DNA of 64,000 nt from Myxococcota bacterium (GTDB lineage Bacteria; Myxococcota_A; Polyangia; Nannocystales; Nannocystaceae), in contig JBCCHT010000003.1 in NCBI GenBank assembly GCA_039028615.1, positions 160,001 to 224,000 on the forward strand. The letters run 5' to 3'. Both the position numbers and the translations under genes were made by a program. The notes under the pieces were generated by a model. It worked only from the letters and a program-made list of their open reading frames with translations, was not told the origin of the DNA and did not search any database. Within the stretch, counting starts at the first letter, position 1; every line of letters begins with the position of its first letter. Below, piece by piece: positions 18,356 through 27,518 of this stretch.

Positions 18356-19902
18356 GCCTCGGACGCGGTCAATCGATCGCGGGGGCGTTCGAGACCGGGG
18401 TCGGCGAGTCATTCTCGGCCGTCGATCCTCGTGATGGGTCGACGCTCGCGGGCTCGTTCCACGAGGCCACCGCCGACCAGATCGATCGGGCGCTCGAGGC
18501 CGCCGCGGCCGCTCATCGGCAGTGGCGGCGGGCTCCGCGAGAGCGTCGGGCTCGGCTTCTCGAAGCCATCGCCGCCGGCCTCGAAGGCCTGGGGGACACG
18601 CTCATCGATCGGGCCAGCGCCGAGAGTGGCTTGCCCAAGGCCCGGATCACGGGCGAGTGCGGACGCACCACCGGGCAGCTGCGGCTGTTTGCCACGGTCG
18701 TGCGCGAGGGCGCCTATCTGCAGGCCCACATCGATCGGGTCGCCCAGGATCTACGTCGCATGGAGATGCCCGTGGGTCCGGTGGTGGTGTTCGGGGCGAG
18801 CAACTTCCCGCTGGCCTTCTCGGTCGCGGGGGGGGACACCGCCTCGGCTCTGGCCGCGGGGTGCCCGGTGGTGGCCAAGGCTCATCCCGCGCACCCCGGT
18901 ACCTCCGAGCTGGTGGCCGAGGTCATCGCCAAGGCGGTGGCCGAGGTCGAGGCCCCGCCGGGGCTGTTCTCGTGCGTGCAGGGCCGCAGCCACACCGTGG
19001 GCGAGCGCTTGGTCATGCATCCGGCCGCGCGAGCGGTGGGCTTCACCGGTTCGCTCGCGGGAGGCCGGGCGCTGTACGCCCTGGCCGCGGGACGACCCGA
19101 GCCGATCCCGGTCTTTGCCGAGATGGGCAGCATCAACCCCGTGGTGTTGTTGCCGGGCGCCTTGGAGCGCGACGCGGTCGGCGAGGCCGAGGGGCTCTTC
19201 GGTTCCTTGACCATGGGGGTGGGGCAGTTCTGCACCAATCCCGGGCTGGTGCTCGTGCTCGCGGGGGCCTCCACCGAGGCGTTCCTGACCAAGTTGACGG
19301 CGCTCGCGACCGAGGCGCAGCCCGCCACCATGCTGCACTCGGGCATCGCTCAGGCCTACACGCGGGGGATCACCTCGTTGGCCGGGGCAGGGGCCAAGGC
19401 GCTGGTCGATACGGCGGTGGTGCAGTCCGACCACGCGGCGGTGCGACCGGTAGTGTGGCGGGTTTCGGCCACCGACCTGTCGACCACGGAGGCGCTGCGT
19501 GAGGAGTGCTTCGGCCCCTCCACCGTCGTCGCCGTCGCCGAAGACCAAGAGCAGCTGCTCGCCGCGGTGCAGTCGCTGTCCGGTCAGCTCAGCGCGACCC
19601 TTCATGCGACCGAGGCCGATCAGGCGCTGGTCGACACGCTGCTGCCCGAGCTGGAAGAGCGGGCGGGGCGGGTGCTCTTTGGCGGCATGCCCACGGGGGT
19701 CGCGGTGGTGTCCGCCATGCAGCACGGCGGGCCCTGGCCCGCGAGCTCGGACGCCCGCTTCACCTCGGTGGGCACGGGCGCCATCGCTCGCTTTACGCGT
19801 CCCGTGTGTTGGCAGGACGCCCCCGCTGCTCAGCTCCCGGTCGAGCTGCGCGACGAGAACCCGGGCATCCCCCGACGCGTCGACGGCAAGCCCGAGGCGT
19901 AG
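18352..19902 (+). CDS. lhpG: Alpha-ketoglutaric semialdehyde dehydrogenase
   Basis: FGASNFPLAFSVAGGDTASA, GFTGS, AEMGSINP, GQFCTNPG, HGGPWPA; ATG 18352. Confidence 0.88.
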   Translation: MSLGRGQSIAGAFETGVGESFSAVDPRDGSTLAGSFHEATADQIDRALEAAAAAHRQWRRAPRERRARLLEAIAAGLEGLGDTLIDRASAESGLPKARITGECGRTTGQLRLFATVVREGAYLQAHIDRVAQDLRRMEMPVGPVVVFGASNFPLAFSVAGGDTASALAAGCPVVAKAHPAHPGTSELVAEVIAKAVAEVEAPPGLFSCVQGRSHTVGERLVMHPAARAVGFTGSLAGGRALYALAAGRPEPIPVFAEMGSINPVVLLPGALERDAVGEAEGLFGSLTMGVGQFCTNPGLVLVLAGASTEAFLTKLTALATEAQPATMLHSGIAQAYTRGITSLAGAGAKALVDTAVVQSDHAAVRPVVWRVSATDLSTTEALREECFGPSTVVAVAEDQEQLLAAVQSLSGQLSATLHATEADQALVDTLLPELEERAGRVLFGGMPTGVAVVSAMQHGGPWPASSDARFTSVGTGAIARFTRPVCWQDAPAAQLPVELRDENPGIPRRVDGKPEA

Positions 19903-19989
19903 TCCGAAGATTGGCCACGGCTCCCTGTCCTTCGTCGATCGCGAGATCGGCGGGGGGCAGGGATTCGTTTTTCGAGGGAGCGCCGAGCC

Positions 19990-21000
19990 TCACTCGCAGT
20001 CGTAGGTGATCTCGGGGACGCTCGAGCGGTCGTAGACCAGGTGGGCCGAGAAATTGAAGTCGGCGCCTTCGACCACGACGTGCAACTCGCCGTCCATGGT
20101 GCGCCCGCTCGTGAGCTTGAGATCAACCTCGGTCACGCGAAGCTCCTGCTCGAGGTCATCGCGGACGGCACTGAGCTCGAGATCCAGGGGTACCCGGCGC
20201 GTGTTGGAGTACAGGCCGTCGGCCTCGATCCCGGACAGCTCGACGTTGGAGTTCACCGTCGCCACCGTGGGCTGCGCGTCGTGATGGACGATGGCATCCA
20301 CCCGCAGCTCGGTCAGCTCGTAGCCCAGGTCCTCCCAGTCGTCGCTGCCCTCGTCGAGGGTGAGCACCTCTGGCGGTTGCGGGCCGTAGCCCAGCAGCTC
20401 GGCCAGGGGTCCGGGCCCGTCGTGGCGGAGTCGGACGCGGCGCGTGCCGTCGGAGTTGTCGGTGATGACGACCCGAGGATCGAGCAAGTAGGTCTCGAGG
20501 TCGAAGAGGTCCTGGGTCAGCAGGGCGCCGTCGGGCGCGAACTCGAAGGGCCGGGTCGTACGGAACTGAGCCTCGAAACGACTCGAGGGCGACGAGGGGT
20601 CCGCCTGGTAGCGGTAGGTGCCCTCGCCGTCGCTGCTGAACTGCTCGGGGAGCGCATGGTGGTCGGGATCGAGCACCATGGCGTAGAGCCCTTCGGTCAG
20701 GCCCCGGGAGAGGGTGCCGACCTGACCGACGAGCAACGCCAAGTCCCGGTTGCTCGACACTACGTCATCGACGATGGCGATGCGTTCGCGTCGCTCGCTC
20801 TCGCTGAGGTGTGATGCGCAGCGATCGAGACTCTCCAGGCCTACGTCGGGTTCTTCATCCGGGTTCCAGTCGTCGCCGCCATCGCCGGAGTCGTCACCGC
20901 AACCCCCCAGGCAACGGGGGAAACAACCGGCGCTGGGCAAGCAGAGGGCGGCGAGCACGGCCGCGGTGGCCAGGGAGTGGGGCAGGTCGACAGAGGCCAT
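19990..21000 (-). CDS. Hypothetical lipoprotein (paralog of 21027..22010)
   Basis: Signal peptide with Cys (LPSAGC); shares YLLDP and GPGPLxELLGYGPxPP with its neighbour. Confidence 0.75.
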   Translation of the reverse strand: MASVDLPHSLATAAVLAALCLPSAGCFPRCLGGCGDDSGDGGDDWNPDEEPDVGLESLDRCASHLSESERRERIAIVDDVVSSNRDLALLVGQVGTLSRGLTEGLYAMVLDPDHHALPEQFSSDGEGTYRYQADPSSPSSRFEAQFRTTRPFEFAPDGALLTQDLFDLETYLLDPRVVITDNSDGTRRVRLRHDGPGPLAELLGYGPQPPEVLTLDEGSDDWEDLGYELTELRVDAIVHHDAQPTVATVNSNVELSGIEADGLYSNTRRVPLDLELSAVRDDLEQELRVTEVDLKLTSGRTMDGELHVVVEGADFNFSAHLVYDRSSVPEITYDCE

Positions 21001-21026
21001 GGTGAACTTTGAAAAAGAGGGGCGAG

Positions 21027-22010
21027 CTAGCGGTGACAGGTGATGGTGCGCAGCGGTACGTCGAGCCCCGCTTGGAGCATGGGGTACTCGAGGTGCACGG
21101 AGACCTGGGCCTCGTCGCCGGGGATGACGGCATTGATGGTCCCGATCGTCGCGTGGTAGCCGAGGCTCCATTCCATGTCCCAGGCCTCGATCTCGAGCTG
21201 CAGGCCGTGGGCTTCGTGGGTCGCGGTGGAGTCGAGCAGCTCGAAGGTCACCGGGAGGTCCACGCCGATGGTCTCGGCGAGCAGGGGCTCGGTCAGGGCG
21301 TCGTAGGTGACGGAAAGATCGCCCGTGGTGTGTGCGGCGCTCATGGCCGCCCGCACCTCGAGCTGGCGAAAGCCGTGCTCGAGGTCGGAGATCTCGGCCG
21401 TGGTGAGCACGAGCGGATTGGGTGGGTTCGGGCCGTACCCGAGCAGCTCCACCAGAGGGCCGGGGCCGGCGTACTCGATCGACAGGCTCGCCGGATTCTC
21501 CTCGTCGGGTTCGAGCAGGCTGGGTTGGGGGTCGAGCAGGTAGCTGCTCATCACGAACAGGTTGTGCGTGATGCGGTCGCCGGGACCCCCAAACTGGAAG
21601 TTCTCGGTCAGGTAGACCTCGATGTCCGTGGTGCTCCTCGGCGCGGCGAAGCGATAGCGGCCCTCGCCTTCGTAGGTGAGATGAGCGGGCAGGGTGTCGT
21701 GGTCGTGACGGGCTCGACCCTTGGCGCCGTCGATCAATGGGACGCGCATGTCCTGCAGCGCGCCGCCGGCCCACTCGAGATCGTCGACCGCCTGCACGAG
21801 CTGCTCGACCAGCGCTTCGCGGGCGGCAAGCTCATCGGGCTCGAACAGATCCTCGCAGGCGATCGTTGGGACGCCCGTCCCCGAGTCCTCGACGCTGCCC
21901 GTGGTGTCGGTGGCGTCGACGCGATCGGACCCGCCCAAGGGCCCCAACAGACACCCCGGCAGGAGCGGAAGCGCGATAGCCGCAGTCAGGAAAAGGCCTA
22001 GGCGAGCCAT
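21027..22010 (-). CDS. Hypothetical lipoprotein (paralog of 19990..21000)
   Basis: MARLGLFLTAAIALPLLPGC lipobox; shared motifs as above. Confidence 0.78.
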   Translation of the reverse strand: MARLGLFLTAAIALPLLPGCLLGPLGGSDRVDATDTTGSVEDSGTGVPTIACEDLFEPDELAAREALVEQLVQAVDDLEWAGGALQDMRVPLIDGAKGRARHDHDTLPAHLTYEGEGRYRFAAPRSTTDIEVYLTENFQFGGPGDRITHNLFVMSSYLLDPQPSLLEPDEENPASLSIEYAGPGPLVELLGYGPNPPNPLVLTTAEISDLEHGFRQLEVRAAMSAAHTTGDLSVTYDALTEPLLAETIGVDLPVTFELLDSTATHEAHGLQLEIEAWDMEWSLGYHATIGTINAVIPGDEAQVSVHLEYPMLQAGLDVPLRTITCHR

Positions 22011-22157
22011 GCGAGCGGGTAGTGCCGGCCCCAGAGCAAACGATCAACCGCCGCGAGCTTTTGTGAGCCCTTGGGGACAGCTCACCGAGGAGCCGTTCTT
22101 TTTTGACAACGCGAAACAATCTCCGTCGGATTTGTCGGCGGGCCGGCCTAGAGCCGA

Positions 22158-22349
22158 TTGATGTCACTGCCCCTGCGCCACGCTCTCGCCGCTTCTCCCC
22201 TCGCGCTCGCACTGTGGACGGCCTTCCCCTCGGTCGCCCACGCCCGCCGCGGCTTCCCGCTGTTCATCCTCATCAGCGACAACCCGTTCCTCATGGTCCT
22301 CGGACTCGTGCTGTTCGGGGTCTGGGCGTATTTCCGCTTCGCCGACTGA
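22158..22349 (+). CDS. Small membrane protein
   Basis: 63 aa, signal-like N-terminus ending AHA, hydrophobic C-terminal helix; fills an otherwise empty gap. Confidence 0.5.
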   Translation: MMSLPLRHALAASPLALALWTAFPSVAHARRGFPLFILISDNPFLMVLGLVLFGVWAYFRFAD

Positions 22350-22425
22350 CGGGTCCGTAAACGCCCCCAGCGGCGCCCGGCCCGTACCTTTACGCCCGGG
22401 GCCATCGCGGGCATGGTGGCCGCCC

Positions 22426-22995
22426 ATGGACGACGGAGCACTCCTGCAGGCCTGGTGCGACGGCGACGATGCGGCCGGCGACCAGCTGCTGCAGAGCGTC
22501 TTCCCTCGCGTCTACCGGTTTTTGTTCAACAAGCTCGGCGACGACACCAGCGAGGTGCTCCAGCAGACGATGCTGGCCTGCGTGGAGCACCGCGAGCAGA
22601 TGCGGGACTGCGTCAACTTCGACGCGTACCTGCTTCGGATGGCTCGCAACAAGCTCTACGACTTCTTGCGCAAGCGGCATCGCTCGCGCGAGGAGCTGCC
22701 CGGCGAGCTGCCCTCGGTGCAGTCGATGGGCACCTCGCCCGCGAGCCTCATGGGTCGGCAGGCCCGCGAGGCCCAGGTGCTCACTACCCTGCGCTCGCTC
22801 CCGCTCGAGCTCCAAGTCGTGCTCGAGCTGTTCTACTGGAGCGAGCTTTCGACCCGCGAGATCGCCGACGTGATCGAGACGCCCGTGGGTACGGTGAAGA
22901 GTCGGCTCCGACGCGCGCGCGAGCAGTTCGAGGCCAAGCTCGAAGAGCCCGAGGGCGCGGCGTTGCTCGAGCTTCTGTCGACGGTTCGGCCCTGA
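22426..22995 (+). CDS. ECF RNA polymerase sigma factor
   Basis: Region 2 (VLQQTMLAC...FDAYLLRMARN) and region 4 (ELFYWSELSTREIA...GTVKSRLRRAR). Confidence 0.9.
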   Translation: MDDGALLQAWCDGDDAAGDQLLQSVFPRVYRFLFNKLGDDTSEVLQQTMLACVEHREQMRDCVNFDAYLLRMARNKLYDFLRKRHRSREELPGELPSVQSMGTSPASLMGRQAREAQVLTTLRSLPLELQVVLELFYWSELSTREIADVIETPVGTVKSRLRRAREQFEAKLEEPEGAALLELLSTVRP

Positions 22996-23059
22996 GGCCC
23001 GAGCACTCGCGAAAACGCAGCGGGCGGAGATCTTCCGCTCGCGATTTGTGGCTGCCCGG

Positions 23060-23087
23060 GTGATCCGCACGGCGCCGGGGGGGAACG
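23060..23087 (+). promoter_or_regulatory. Candidate ECF-type promoter GTGATCCG-N14-GGAACG
   Basis: Near-identical GTGATCCG-N14-GGCACG upstream of the gene starting at 8810 (minus strand, 8846-8819). Confidence 0.45.
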
Positions 23088-23140
23088 GGAGCAACGAGGC
23101 CGGGATCGATCCCGTCGCCTCGTTCTTGCCGGAGCCCGCC

Positions 23141-26100
23141 ATGCACAAGACGATCGCCCTGTTGTTTCCGATATTGACCGCGTGTGCGCTCGATGCCGCC
23201 GCCCCCGTCGAGCTGGTCCCCGAAGATTCGGCTGACCCGCGCGAACCCGAGGCCGGCGACACGCTCGCCGCCGCGCCCGACACCCAGGAGTTTTGTGTGG
23301 CGAACTGCAGCCCGATGGCCGACACCGTGGCCGCGTTCGCCGTACGCAACCAGCAAAGCGTGGGCTGTGCCAACTTCGGCGCCCGCTACTTCAACTACGA
23401 GGATGAACATTTCCGCCGCGCCCAAGACTCTCGTGGCCCCGACTTCAACAGCTCTTTGGAGGACTGCCTCGACGGCTACTACGCCAGCTATCCGATGTGG
23501 TCCAGCGAGGACCAAGAGCGCTTCGGCCCCGTCCCGAACTCGGCGATTCGCTTCCTGAGTTCCAGCTCGATGGTCGAGCCCGTGCGGCTGACCTTCAACG
23601 GCCAGTTCGACGTCCAGGCCTGTAACGTCGAGATCCAGCCCCTCGTCGACGGCGAGCGGTTCGGCAAGCCCTTCATGATCTCCTCGAACGCGCGGCTTCA
23701 GACCGTGGCGTATTCGTGGTTCGTGCCCGTGGGCGAGGGGATGCACACCGCGTCGTTCCAGTGGAGCACGGATGGGTGCCCCGAAGGCAGCGGCCCGACG
23801 CTGCGCAACGTCACCGTGCTCGCCGAAGCGGCGGCCCGTACCGCGGTCGGCGATGCGATGGCATCGACCGCCGTGGACAAGAACCCTCTGTTCGTCTCCC
23901 AGCCGGAAGGCGGGGACTCGGGCTGGGTCGACCTGCCCCTCGACCTCGATCCGCTGGGCATCGTGCTCGAGCAGGCGGGTCCGCTGGCCATCGAGCTGAG
24001 CGGCCTGTGGAAGACTCACGACGAGATGTTCGTCGAGGCTCGCGCCCTGGTCGACGGCATGGTGATCGGCGAGCTGACCCTGGTCGATCAGGATCTGGAC
24101 GAGAGCAGCCCCTTCGTCGGCGAGCTGGCGGTGACCCGCCCCCGCACGGTGACCTTCGTCGACGACTCGGTGTCCGCCGGGCAGCACGACATCGAGGTCC
24201 AGGTACGGATGGTCAACTACGGCAACGATGGCAACAAGGAGTTCGCGCTGGCCGACGCCCACGTCTCGGCGATCGCTCGCAGCTCGCCCCACGTGCCCAT
24301 GGCCGTCGAGAGCTTCGCTCCCGCCACGCCGCTCGACTCGACCACGTGGGTGGAGCTTCCCCAGCCGAACACGACGCTGGTGATGCCCGTGGGCGGTGAG
24401 CTCATCGCGACCGCGACCCTCGACATCAGCCAGGACTATCCCGATCCGGGCGGCATCCCCTACGGGCCCACCGCCAACATCGAGGTCGCGCCCGTGATCG
24501 ACGGGGTGATTCGCGAGGAGCTGGCCGTGCGCTACTCCGGGCCGCGATTCGAGCGGGACAGCAACCAGTGGACCTTCTCCATCAAGGACGTGCCCGCCGA
24601 GCCCAAGTCGGTGGGCCTGGCCTATCGACGCACGGTGGGTGAGCTCGGCACCGTGGTGCTCGAGCGCGGCACGCTGGTGGTGGAAGGGCACGCGTTCGTC
24701 GGCCCGGACCTCGGTCTCGGCCCGCGGATCGGCCACGGGTCGATGCCCAAGCCCGGCCGACCCCCGCGTCGCGACTCTCGGCTCGAGCCGGGCCCCGTGG
24801 GCGAGAACTACCCGCTGCTGGCGGTGCTCTTCGACGACAAGCGCACCACGTGCGACGGTCCCAACCCGGTGGGTCCGGACTTCAACAACGGCCCGTGGGC
24901 GAACTGCGTGGGTGCAGGGCAGCCCAATCACCCCACGGCCACCGCCTTCGACCTGTGGATGCTGCTGTATCGCGATCCGACCAACGTGGCCGGCTACCTG
25001 GAGGCGGCCAACCGGGGCGTCGCCGAGCTGACCGACATCGGCGTCTACGACGTCGCGACCGCCAACGCCCCCGCGCCCGACTCGAGCAACGACTACACCA
25101 TCCAGGGGTGTACCTGCGGGCTGGGGTCCGACCCGCAGTATGTCTCGGCGCGCCAGCGGATCATCGCCGAGGCGATCCTCGGGGCCAAGGACCAGGGCAA
25201 CCTCGACTACTCCGACTTCGACCACAACGGCGACGGCGCGCTGAGTCCCGACGAACTCAATATCTTCGTGGTCACCCCGGAGAGCGACTTCATTACTGGC
25301 TCGCGAGCGCAGGCGATCCCCGCGGCGATCCGGCCGCTGTGCAAGGACTACGACACCACCCCGAGCTGCGATGGATCCGAGATGCTCGTCATCGACGGGG
25401 TGACCTTCGAAAACGTGGTCGTCTGGCGCGGAGACATCTCGGCCCCGCGCAACCTCGAGGACGCCTACATCGCCACGCACGAGCTGCTGCACGTCATCGA
25501 GAGCATGGACGACGCGTACGTCTCGGGGCTGCCCAACTCCGATCCGGGCGTCTTGGACATCATGTCCTCGAACTCCGTGGCGGGGAATGGGCTCGCCGAT
25601 TCGTTCCAGCGGCCGTCGGGGGTCACCGCGCTCGCCGAGGGCTGGGTCGATCCCCTCTATCCCGAGGAGGGCGATGGGCTCTACACGCTCGAGGACGTGG
25701 CGTTCGGCAACCAGGTGATGATCCTGCCGCGCCTCGATGGGCCGACCCGCGAGTACTTCCTGCTCGAGGTGCGCCAGGATCGGCCGCCCACCGTCGACCT
25801 GGACGCGTACGACTACAACCTCAACGACAGCGGCCTTGCGATCTGGCACGTGATCGAGCCGAGCGACGAGTGCGTCGACGACGACTGGAGCGACTGCGAG
25901 GCGACCTTCCCCGAGTTCTGCCCGATGGACGGCTGGAGCTTCTACTCCGACGACAGCTACGCCCGCTACATCGCGCGGATCATTCAGCCCAACCTCACCT
26001 ACGAGACCAACACGATGCGAGGGACGCAGATGACCCCGGAGCTGCGGCTGTGGAGCGCCGCGGGACAGTCGGTGTCCGGCGTCCCCGGTAGCGGCCTCTG

Positions 26101-26248
26101 CCCGGGTGGATCGATCAACGACCAGAGCACGGGGGTGCCCGAGCTGCAGTGGTCGGATGGCAGCCCCGCGCCCTATACCTTGTCGAACTTCGTGTACGAC
26201 CAGACCATGGGCACGGTGAGTTTCGAGCTGCTGGCGCCGAACTTCTAG
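23141..26248 (+). CDS. Large lipoprotein with C-terminal M6 (immune inhibitor A-like) zinc metalloprotease domain
   Basis: MHKTIALLFPILTAC lipobox, GGAG RBS; DYSDFDHNGDG, HELLH...DDAY, DIMS Met-turn, EYFLLEVR, GLAIWHV. Confidence 0.8.
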   Translation: MHKTIALLFPILTACALDAAAPVELVPEDSADPREPEAGDTLAAAPDTQEFCVANCSPMADTVAAFAVRNQQSVGCANFGARYFNYEDEHFRRAQDSRGPDFNSSLEDCLDGYYASYPMWSSEDQERFGPVPNSAIRFLSSSSMVEPVRLTFNGQFDVQACNVEIQPLVDGERFGKPFMISSNARLQTVAYSWFVPVGEGMHTASFQWSTDGCPEGSGPTLRNVTVLAEAAARTAVGDAMASTAVDKNPLFVSQPEGGDSGWVDLPLDLDPLGIVLEQAGPLAIELSGLWKTHDEMFVEARALVDGMVIGELTLVDQDLDESSPFVGELAVTRPRTVTFVDDSVSAGQHDIEVQVRMVNYGNDGNKEFALADAHVSAIARSSPHVPMAVESFAPATPLDSTTWVELPQPNTTLVMPVGGELIATATLDISQDYPDPGGIPYGPTANIEVAPVIDGVIREELAVRYSGPRFERDSNQWTFSIKDVPAEPKSVGLAYRRTVGELGTVVLERGTLVVEGHAFVGPDLGLGPRIGHGSMPKPGRPPRRDSRLEPGPVGENYPLLAVLFDDKRTTCDGPNPVGPDFNNGPWANCVGAGQPNHPTATAFDLWMLLYRDPTNVAGYLEAANRGVAELTDIGVYDVATANAPAPDSSNDYTIQGCTCGLGSDPQYVSARQRIIAEAILGAKDQGNLDYSDFDHNGDGALSPDELNIFVVTPESDFITGSRAQAIPAAIRPLCKDYDTTPSCDGSEMLVIDGVTFENVVVWRGDISAPRNLEDAYIATHELLHVIESMDDAYVSGLPNSDPGVLDIMSSNSVAGNGLADSFQRPSGVTALAEGWVDPLYPEEGDGLYTLEDVAFGNQVMILPRLDGPTREYFLLEVRQDRPPTVDLDAYDYNLNDSGLAIWHVIEPSDECVDDDWSDCEATFPEFCPMDGWSFYSDDSYARYIARIIQPNLTYETNTMRGTQMTPELRLWSAAGQSVSGVPGSGLCPGGSINDQSTGVPELQWSDGSPAPYTLSNFVYDQTMGTVSFELLAPNF

Positions 26249-26275
26249 CGCTGCGGCGGTCGCCGAGCGACCGTG

Positions 26276-26315
26276 GCCCTCGCGTTGCCCTTCGGCGGCG
26301 CGAGGGCTTTGTATT
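26276..26315 (+). terminator. Intrinsic terminator
   Basis: GCCCTCGCGTTGCC-CTTC-GGCGGCGCGAGGGC followed by TTTGTATT. Confidence 0.7.
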
Positions 26316-26330
26316 GGGTGTAGCTTGGAT

Positions 26331-26345
26331 TGCAATGTGATTGCA
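26331..26345. promoter_or_regulatory. Palindromic operator TGCAAT-GTG-ATTGCA
   Basis: Perfect 6-3-6 inverted repeat in an AT-rich patch 30 nt upstream of ATG 26376. Confidence 0.5.
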
Positions 26346-26375
26346 CTTGCATTTTGATTGCGTTAGCGTTCGCGC

Positions 26376-27518
26376 ATGTCGAAGCTCGACTGGGTCGTCG
26401 TCGGGGGTGGTCCCCACGGGGTCTGTACCGCGCGGGCGCTGCAGGCCACGGGAGCCGACGTGCGCATCGTCGATCCCAGCGGGTCGCTGCTGCATCGCTG
26501 GTCCAGCCGGGCGGAGGCGGTCGCCATGACCTGGATGCGATCGCCGGTCAGCCACCACCTCGACCAGCACCCCACCGAGCTCCACCACTTCTTGCACGGC
26601 CGCGAAAACGCCGACGTGGCGAACTTGGCTCGCCCGTACCTGCGTCCGATGCACGCCGCGTTTCTCCGGCAGACGCAGCACCTCATCGCCCGCGACCGCC
26701 TGCAGGAGGCCGTCGTTGCCGGCCGGGTCGAGTCTCTGCACGAGGACGGAGGCAACCTCGTGGTCGAGGGGCCAGGGGTCTCGCTCCGAACGCGTCGCGT
26801 GCTCGTGGCCACCGGCTCCAACCAAATGCGGATCCCGGACTGGGCGCGACGCCTCCGAAACGAGGGGGCCACCGCCGGTCACGTATTCGAGGCCGACGCC
26901 GAACTCTCGACGGACATCGTCGGCGGAGGCATCTCGGCCGTACAGCGGGCCATCGAGGTCTGGCGGCGGACCAAGGAGACCGTGCGGCTGTGGGTGCGTC
27001 GCCCCATCCAGGTCGCCGAGTTCGACTACGATCAGTCGCTGGCGCGGGCCCGGTTCGTCCGTCGCTGGTCGCGGCAGGACGAGGCGCAGCGGCTGAACTT
27101 CCTGGACAAACACAGCGCCCGAGGGAGCGTGCCTCCCGGGCTGTGGGGGCGCTTGTCCAACGCGATGCGGCGGGGGCGGGTACGCCTCCATCAGGGAGCG
27201 TTGCGAGTCGAGCGACCGGACGCGAGCGGGCGGCTCATCCTCACCGGGGCCGAGGGATCGGTGGAGTCGAACGGGCTGACGTTGGCCACTGGCTTCGAAC
27301 CCGAGGCGATCGGCGGCTGGCTCCGTACGTGCGCCGACCGGCTGGGGCTGGCCGTGCGAGGGGGCCTCCCCCGCCTCGAGGACGACATGCACTGGGGTCG
27401 CGGCGTCTATGTGTGCGGCCCGCTGGCGCGCCTGCGCTTGGGGCCGATCGCGGGCAACCTCGTGGGGGCGCGCTGGGCCGCGTCATTGCTCCCCGGCGTC
27501 CGCATGCAGCCCTACTGA
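26376..27518 (+). CDS. FAD/NAD(P)-binding oxidoreductase
   Basis: VVGGGPHG, MRSPVSHH, VGGGISA, LATGF. Confidence 0.85.
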   Translation: MSKLDWVVVGGGPHGVCTARALQATGADVRIVDPSGSLLHRWSSRAEAVAMTWMRSPVSHHLDQHPTELHHFLHGRENADVANLARPYLRPMHAAFLRQTQHLIARDRLQEAVVAGRVESLHEDGGNLVVEGPGVSLRTRRVLVATGSNQMRIPDWARRLRNEGATAGHVFEADAELSTDIVGGGISAVQRAIEVWRRTKETVRLWVRRPIQVAEFDYDQSLARARFVRRWSRQDEAQRLNFLDKHSARGSVPPGLWGRLSNAMRRGRVRLHQGALRVERPDASGRLILTGAEGSVESNGLTLATGFEPEAIGGWLRTCADRLGLAVRGGLPRLEDDMHWGRGVYVCGPLARLRLGPIAGNLVGARWAASLLPGVRMQPY

